The notes under the pieces: model-generated | Told to the model about the DNA's origin: nothing | The model's input: only the letters and a program-made list of their open reading frames with translations | Database searches by the model: none | Part shown: in pieces, positions 58,375 to 64,000 of the stretch | How positions within the stretch are numbered: the stretch's first letter is position 1 | How the letters are laid out: every line of letters begins with the position of its first letter | Made by a program: the position numbers and the translations under genes | Source of the DNA: Spirochaetia bacterium | Lineage (GTDB): Bacteria; Spirochaetota; Spirochaetia; DSM-2461 | Assembly (NCBI GenBank): GCA_963668315.1 | Contig: OY764216.1 | Coordinates: 448,001 to 512,000, forward strand | Length of the DNA: 64,000 nucleotides | Reading direction: 5' to 3'

Positions 58375-60712
58375 GACTCACCACCCCCAGATCGCAGAAA
58401 CCGCTTTCATCCACGGTTACTTCCACTTTATAGGTTAACCCTTTATCCCTTTGAGTCAAGAGATATTCCCCCGGAGTCAGGCTGTAACACTCAAAATACC
58501 CCTTTTCATCGGTAAAAAACTCCCGGGGCCACTCCCCTTTCTCATAGGTCAGACCCAGCTCCGAATAGGGCATAATCTCTCCCAGAATCAAGGGCAGGGG
58601 CATATCCTCCCCGTCGCTCAGGATACCGCCGGCGTACATGTAAACCTTCTCCTCCGCTCTGATAAGGGTACCGCTCCGGTAGGTGGGAAAAACCGATGTG
58701 GTGTAATCGTTGATATCGGAGCCAACGGGCAGAGAATCGGGCATGAGCCTGAATGTGGTATAGCGGTAGGACGAGACGGAGGACAGTATGGCCGGCTCTT
58801 CTCCCCCCACTTCCATCAGGGAACCAAGGGAGGTGGGATTAACAGAAAGGGGACCGATATCCGACTGGAATATGACGAAACTGTTCCTGACGGGCCGGGT
58901 TACGCCCAGAACTCCGTCGGCATAGACCAGGGCGGTGCCGGCCGATAGGCTGGTGGAATTGCTGTATTCATTGGTCGCGAAGAACGCGCTTAATCCCTGC
59001 GAAAGGTTTGCGTTAAATCGGGGATGGATGAAGCCTCCGTTTAGAGAAAGGGTAAAGCGGTCTTCGTTGCTGGCCGGAATGATGGAGGAAGCCCCCAGGC
59101 TATAGTCGGCGTCTCCGTCCGACCGATTATACCGATTCCATGCCACATTCATTTTCTGCCCGCTTAAATCGCCCCGGGCATAGAAGTTCTGCTGAATATC
59201 CGGGAAGGATGCGGAATAGGTTATGGCGGCCGTGGGGGTCCAGACGCCCTCGTCCATCGTCACTCCCAGATCGGCGGACACGCTGCTTCCATCGGAACTG
59301 CTCGTTCTGAAGCGGAGAGACAAGGAGAAGGAGTTCTGCGGTTCAACGGCTTCATAGGACCAGTTGACGGCGGGAGTTATGGAAAGGCGCGTCAGGGGCA
59401 GATACACATAATAGGCTCTCAAGGAGATTGTCTGCGAAGCCGTCTCGTAGGATTCCAGGGTGAAGGACAGAGAGCTTCCGAAATTCTGCCTTCTATAACC
59501 TTTCCTCTGTTCCGAATAGGAGTGATTCAGAGAGAGGCCCAGTTCATACCCCTCCCCCATAGTCAGACTGGTCGAGGGGACCAGGTTGAAAGTTCCGAAA
59601 GGAGAAGCCAGCAGCAGGGGCGCTTCCAGAGAAAAAAGTTTCCCATTCCAGTCGTAATAGGTGCTGAAGCCGGCCGTGAACGTATCGGTGACCCCGTTTG
59701 AAAGATGAAAGAGAAATGCCGGATTCGCCGCCGTCCAGCTGTCCGTACCGAAAGAGCCTCCCCAATCGAGTTCTTCCTTTTTTAAAAGGCCGCTGTCGTA
59801 AATTTGAAAAAAGCTTTCCCTGTGCTCCGTCCCCTGGCTGTCGGTCCAGAGGATCACGACTTCGTTAGGCCCCGAACTCAAGGGAAAATTCTTAAAAGTC
59901 CATGTTCCGGCCGGAACGGACTGCTTTCTGATCATCCGGTCATTTATCCTGATTTCCACATCCGCCGGGTCGGGAAAGAAAATCGTTCTTCCCATCTCGG
60001 GACGGGACTGATAATTCAGATCCAGGGCGGTCTTTCGGAAAAATGACAGGCCCACCATATTATCCGGCAGGAATCCGTCGGCGCTATAAGTTAGGTCCCC
60101 CGCTTCGGCCCGGGCCGCAAGAGAATCGAACTCCCGGACAAAACGGAGATAATCCAGAGAGAGAGGCTCTCCCCCGGTCTGGACATTGCCCCTTGATTCC
60201 ATAACATAGCCGTCATAGTTCACAACCAGCTCCGGCTGAAGTCTGAGATTGACATATCTGTCTTCATAATCAAAGCGACTCCAGCCTTCCAGATTCAGAA
60301 TTCCGGAGAGCCCGGAAGGGGGAGTAAGTTTTCCCGGGGGAGCTTTTATTTCCCGGACAAAGGAAAGCGTTTCCGGCCGTCTCGATTCGGGGGGAATGGC
60401 AACTGTAAAGATAAGAAGAGATTCGTCAAAATCGGCCTGAATAAGACTTCCCGACAAGGATTCATAGGGGACCCACTCATCCGGCGTCCACCGGCTCAAC
60501 GCCGCATCCAGGCTGCTCTCATTAAGCAGGGGCCGCAGCTCCTCCAAGAGCGGACGGGGCTGGATCTGCACCTTCCCATTAATTCTCAGCGTGATTTCAC
60601 CGGAATAGACATCATCCACATAAAAAGGAACAGGGATAAGAACTTCTTCCTGCGCCCAGAGAGCAGCAAAGAGACAAAATAGCAATGGAACGAACAGGAA
60701 GGAACGGAACAT
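58364..60712 (-). CDS. Fimbrial usher-like outer-membrane protein
   Basis: Signal peptide, AEAGD, ADVEIRIND...VPAGTW...FPLSSGPNEV plug-like motif, beta-rich, FFTDEKGYF. Confidence 0.78.
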   Translation of the reverse strand: MFRSFLFVPLLFCLFAALWAQEEVLIPVPFYVDDVYSGEITLRINGKVQIQPRPLLEELRPLLNESSLDAALSRWTPDEWVPYESLSGSLIQADFDESLLIFTVAIPPESRRPETLSFVREIKAPPGKLTPPSGLSGILNLEGWSRFDYEDRYVNLRLQPELVVNYDGYVMESRGNVQTGGEPLSLDYLRFVREFDSLAARAEAGDLTYSADGFLPDNMVGLSFFRKTALDLNYQSRPEMGRTIFFPDPADVEIRINDRMIRKQSVPAGTWTFKNFPLSSGPNEVVILWTDSQGTEHRESFFQIYDSGLLKKEELDWGGSFGTDSWTAANPAFLFHLSNGVTDTFTAGFSTYYDWNGKLFSLEAPLLLASPFGTFNLVPSTSLTMGEGYELGLSLNHSYSEQRKGYRRQNFGSSLSFTLESYETASQTISLRAYYVYLPLTRLSITPAVNWSYEAVEPQNSFSLSLRFRTSSSDGSSVSADLGVTMDEGVWTPTAAITYSASFPDIQQNFYARGDLSGQKMNVAWNRYNRSDGDADYSLGASSIIPASNEDRFTLSLNGGFIHPRFNANLSQGLSAFFATNEYSNSTSLSAGTALVYADGVLGVTRPVRNSFVIFQSDIGPLSVNPTSLGSLMEVGGEEPAILSSVSSYRYTTFRLMPDSLPVGSDINDYTTSVFPTYRSGTLIRAEEKVYMYAGGILSDGEDMPLPLILGEIMPYSELGLTYEKGEWPREFFTDEKGYFECYSLTPGEYLLTQRDKGLTYKVEVTVDESGFCDLGVVSPEK

Positions 60713-60745
60713 CTCTTATATTTTCGGTAGCCGGGAAAGACTTGC

Positions 60746-61498
60746 TTAATATACGGGCCTATAAGTAAAATCCCAAAGCACGTCCTCACCTTTGATAACA
60801 GCCGGTTCGGGGATCAGAAAAACCCGTCTGTTCCCCGCCAGAATATTCTCCCCGGCCACACCCGCCAGGTCATCGGGGCCCAGTACCACCGGTTCGAAAT
60901 TATCATAGGAACTGGTCAGGGTTAAGTTCAGATCTCCCAGAATGGCATGGCCCGTACCGCTGTTTTCAAAAACGAGCCGCAGCCATGACGCCCCCTCAAG
61001 AAGGACCGAAGACACGGAAAGCAGCTCCACCGAAGGAGCCCTGTCCTCAGGAACGACGTAGAGACTCCCCTCGTACCGGAAGGTAAAGCGGATTCCCCCT
61101 CCGTCGTCATGGGTCTCTTCATCGCCCATCTCCACGGGAAGCTGTTCGGCGATAATGCGGTAGGCCTTCTCACGGCCCGTGACCGGACCTCCCTGCCATT
61201 TGACCCTCACCGAACGGGTTTCCCCGGGAGCCAGGATACTCTGGGAAGGATAGATTAGGAAATCCCCGGGCCGGGGCGCCAGAGTCTCCCTTCCCTCTTC
61301 GTCCACTTCGCGGGAGAAAATGGAAACCTTGACGGCGATTTTATCGGTGAGCGAATCGTTATGAATGGAAAAGATGCGATTGCTGTTTTTCCCTTCCGCC
61401 GAGAATTCCTGGGAAATGGGAGAAAAGGTAAAAGCCGACAAAGCCCCCTGAACCAGAAGGAACAGGAGGCCCGGTAAAATCAGGAAATGCTTCCGCAC
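60746..61498 (-). CDS. Fimbrial periplasmic chaperone (PapD-like)
   Basis: FLIYPSQSILAPGETRSVRV, EKAYRIIAEQLP, ENSGTGH. Start set at GTG 61498. Confidence 0.82.
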   Translation of the reverse strand: MRKHFLILPGLLFLLVQGALSAFTFSPISQEFSAEGKNSNRIFSIHNDSLTDKIAVKVSIFSREVDEEGRETLAPRPGDFLIYPSQSILAPGETRSVRVKWQGGPVTGREKAYRIIAEQLPVEMGDEETHDDGGGIRFTFRYEGSLYVVPEDRAPSVELLSVSSVLLEGASWLRLVFENSGTGHAILGDLNLTLTSSYDNFEPVVLGPDDLAGVAGENILAGNRRVFLIPEPAVIKGEDVLWDFTYRPVY

Positions 61499-61499
61499 C

Positions 61500-62006
61500 C
61501 TACTTGGCCCGCAGAACAATGGTCAGCTGGTCGGAGTAGTAGCCGGCGGGATAATCTGCCCCTTGAGTATAGTCAATCGTCAGATCTCCCGTATCATCAT
61601 AGGCGGTGGCGCCGGCATTGGAATCGCCCACAGTCAGTCCTACAGTAGCAGGGATGGCGGCAGCGGCCACACCGCCCGCTCCCGTATAGGCTATCTGATA
61701 GGCGACCGGATCGTTATCGTCATTCCTCAAACCGGGGTTTCCGGCGTCGGAGTTGGCGGACGTGACGATGAGAGTCCAGCCCGCCGTATTATTTGTCGCA
61801 ATGGTAATGGCGGCAAGAACTTCACCTGTTACGGCCGCACCACCCGCATCGACAAGATCCAGATTGTCATAATTCGTCCCGGTGGGATCGACCGTTAAGT
61901 CCAGGATAAGGGGAACCACCCCTCCGATGTTAAGGGTATCGCCGTTGGAGGCGAAAACGGGCAGCATCATAAAAACCGCCGATAAAACAATAACTAATTT
62001 CTTCAT
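61500..62006 (-). CDS. Putative major pilin subunit (spore coat U/Csu-like)
   Basis: Signal peptide, C-terminal PAGYYSDQLTIVL, AAGGAG RBS, first gene of the chaperone-usher cluster. Confidence 0.7.
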   Translation of the reverse strand: MKKLVIVLSAVFMMLPVFASNGDTLNIGGVVPLILDLTVDPTGTNYDNLDLVDAGGAAVTGEVLAAITIATNNTAGWTLIVTSANSDAGNPGLRNDDNDPVAYQIAYTGAGGVAAAAIPATVGLTVGDSNAGATAYDDTGDLTIDYTQGADYPAGYYSDQLTIVLRAK

Positions 62007-62167
62007 GAAAATCTCCTTGTGTGGTGTGTTTGCGCTTTTACAGCGCCATCCACTTTTTTTAAATTACCCCTCACCTCTCTATAGTTTATTCATATAAACG
62101 GGGAATTCAAGCATTTTTTCTTTTTGACTCGGTTGACCCGGCCATCGGGGGACGTTAAACTTTACTC

Positions 62168-63352
62168 ATGCAGAGTTTACATAAAGATATATCCGAGCAG
62201 ATCGTCCGTTCGAACAGGAAGCGGGAAGAGGCGATTCTTTCTCCCCACGCCTGTTTTTCCGGAGACGCGATCCGCCTGAATCCGGATCGCCTCAAGATGC
62301 CCGACGAGATAAATATGCGGCCCTCCTTTTTCCATGATACGGATAAAATCATCCATTCCCGGGTTTATACCCGCTACATAGATAAAACCCAGGTCTTTTC
62401 CCGCATGGACAACGACCATATAACCCACCGGGTCCTCCATGTACAGCTGGTGGCGAAGATCGCCCGGACCATAGGCCGCTCCCTGGGACTGAACGAAGAC
62501 CTGATAGAAGCCATCTCCCTGGGCCATGATCTGGGACACGTCCCCTACGGCCACGCGGGAGAAAGGGCTCTGAATATTATCTGCGAGCAGGAAGGGATCG
62601 GCTATTTCACCCATGGAGCCCAGAGCATCCGTTCCGTCATGGAACTGGAAAACCAGGGGGCGGGGCTTAACCTGACCCTTCAGACGATGGACGGGATACT
62701 CTGCCATAACGGGGAGCTCTTTTCCAAGAACTACGCTCCGTACAGGCAGAAAACGGTGGAGAAATTTCTTGACGATTACCGTTCCTGCTTTACCGTTCCC
62801 AAGTACCCCAACAAGCTGATTCCCATGACCCTTGAAGGCTGCGTGGTGAGGCTGAGCGACATCATCGCCTATATCGGGCGGGACGTGGAGGATGCCATCA
62901 CGGTGGGACTCATTGAAAGGAGCGAACTGCCCGAAGACGTGTCCCATGTTCTGGGAAGCCGTAACGACGAAATCGTCAACTCCCTGGTCTGCGATATCAT
63001 CAACAACAGTTTCGCCAAGGACGAGCTGGAATTTTCCCCCTTCGTTTTCGACGCTCTCGTTTCCCTGCGAAAGTTCAATTACACAAAGATTTACCTGAAC
63101 GACGCCAATAAAACGGACGAGGAGAAGCTGATTCCCATGTTCCGCTTTCTCTTCGACAGCTTCATGAAGGATCTGGAAAACCACGACTCCTATATCTCCC
63201 GCTGGGCCGAGGAGAAGATCAGTCACAACTACAGGTCGGAAACCCGGGAGAAGCGGATAATCATCGACTATCTGGCCGGTATGACCGACCGCTTCTTCAA
63301 TAAGCAGTATATGGAGAGAGCCCTTCCGAAAATTCGCGGTTACAAGTTTTGA
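62168..63352 (+). CDS. dGTP triphosphohydrolase-like HD protein
   Basis: DKIIHS...DKTQVF, LGHDLGHVPYGHAGE, SDIIAY, DYLAGMTD. Confidence 0.9.
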   Translation: MQSLHKDISEQIVRSNRKREEAILSPHACFSGDAIRLNPDRLKMPDEINMRPSFFHDTDKIIHSRVYTRYIDKTQVFSRMDNDHITHRVLHVQLVAKIARTIGRSLGLNEDLIEAISLGHDLGHVPYGHAGERALNIICEQEGIGYFTHGAQSIRSVMELENQGAGLNLTLQTMDGILCHNGELFSKNYAPYRQKTVEKFLDDYRSCFTVPKYPNKLIPMTLEGCVVRLSDIIAYIGRDVEDAITVGLIERSELPEDVSHVLGSRNDEIVNSLVCDIINNSFAKDELEFSPFVFDALVSLRKFNYTKIYLNDANKTDEEKLIPMFRFLFDSFMKDLENHDSYISRWAEEKISHNYRSETREKRIIIDYLAGMTDRFFNKQYMERALPKIRGYKF

Positions 63353-63389
63353 TTTCCATGGTATAATTCCTTTCATCAGGAGGAAAGAG

Positions 63390-63872
63390 ATGAAGAGTCC
63401 CATTTCCCGTATCCTCGTTTATGTAGACGGCAGTGATGAATCCGTATCGGCTGCCATGTACGCCATCATGCTGGCCGCATCGAACCAGGCCGAACTCAGG
63501 GCTCTTTACGTCGTAAACACACGGGCTCTCAATGACCTTCTGAAAAGCCGTATCTTCATAGAATCGGAGCAGGAAGAGTATAAGACCGATCTGGAAAGCG
63601 ATTCGGAGCGGTACCTTAACCACGTGGAAAAGCTGGCGTCCCAGAAGGGCGTCCCCGTGACCCTTTCCAAGCGGAGCGGCTCCATCTTCCAGGAGATTAA
63701 AAACGAAGTTGAGGAGAACGGCATAGACCTTCTGGTTTTCGGGAGGGGTTCCACGGTCAGAAGCCGGCGGGACGAGCTTTACAGCGATACGGAAAGGGCG
63801 GCCAAACTCGTGTCGTGCGCCGTGCTGTTCGCCAAGGACGAAGACAGGATAGACGATCTGTTTGATGAATAA
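63390..63872 (+). CDS. Universal stress protein
   Basis: RILVYVDGS, LYVV, IDLLVFG. Confidence 0.85.
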   Translation: MKSPISRILVYVDGSDESVSAAMYAIMLAASNQAELRALYVVNTRALNDLLKSRIFIESEQEEYKTDLESDSERYLNHVEKLASQKGVPVTLSKRSGSIFQEIKNEVEENGIDLLVFGRGSTVRSRRDELYSDTERAAKLVSCAVLFAKDEDRIDDLFDE

Positions 63873-64000
63873 AATTGAAGAACTGAGCAAAACACCGGTC
63901 GTGGTGATTTCGGGCCATTACGGCAGCGGAAAGACGGAAATATCCGTTAACCTGGCCCTGCAGATACGCCAATTAACCTCAGAACCGGTAACCATAGCCG
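63865..64000 (+). CDS. P-loop NTPase, 5' part only; absent from the ORF track
   Basis: Manual translation MNKIEELSKTPVVVISGHYGSGKTEISVNLAL... includes Walker A GHYGSGKT. Confidence 0.75.
   Translation, partial: MNKIEELSKTPVVVISGHYGSGKTEISVNLALQIRQLTSEPVTIA

Noticed and set aside
1..64000. tRNA, rRNA, IS elements, integrases, prophage genes
   Set aside because: None recognised. Intergenic gaps are short and mostly explained by promoters and terminators, though a covariance-model scan would be needed to exclude small RNAs.

Overview
A gene-dense bacterial chromosomal window, probably from a free-living anaerobic spirochaete (inferred from protein style: 'ANGQ' signal-peptide junctions, spirochaete-type MCPs and FGE lipoproteins). 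I found no rRNA, tRNA, CRISPR array or transposase. Most of it is housekeeping and metabolism: a partial alkaline phosphatase, monomeric icd, a GldA/F/G-like ABC module, ppk2, two MCPs, suhB, asd, metA, an Nqr/Rnf-type BCDEF operon lacking NqrA/RnfC, mglBAC with a nearby sugar-sensing two-component module, deoD, rplM-rpsI-recX, a chaperone-usher pilus cluster, a dGTPase-like HD protein and a USP. The standout is a translationally coupled three-gene operon at 28.5-32.4 kb. A DUF2207-like single-pass membrane protein ends in a perfect (A-C-H-S/N)x8-ACVSGGSH tail. It is followed by a radical SAM/SPASM enzyme with a PqqD/RRE-like N-terminus and then an unknown membrane protein. This is a candidate RiPP-like system whose core peptide is the tail of a membrane protein. 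Other notable items: an unannotated Thr-rich leader peptide and terminator upstream of asd, many apparently leaderless genes, tandem FGE/CLec lipoproteins with divergent AT-rich C-termini, and a probable CTG start codon. All family assignments come from motif recognition, not database searches.
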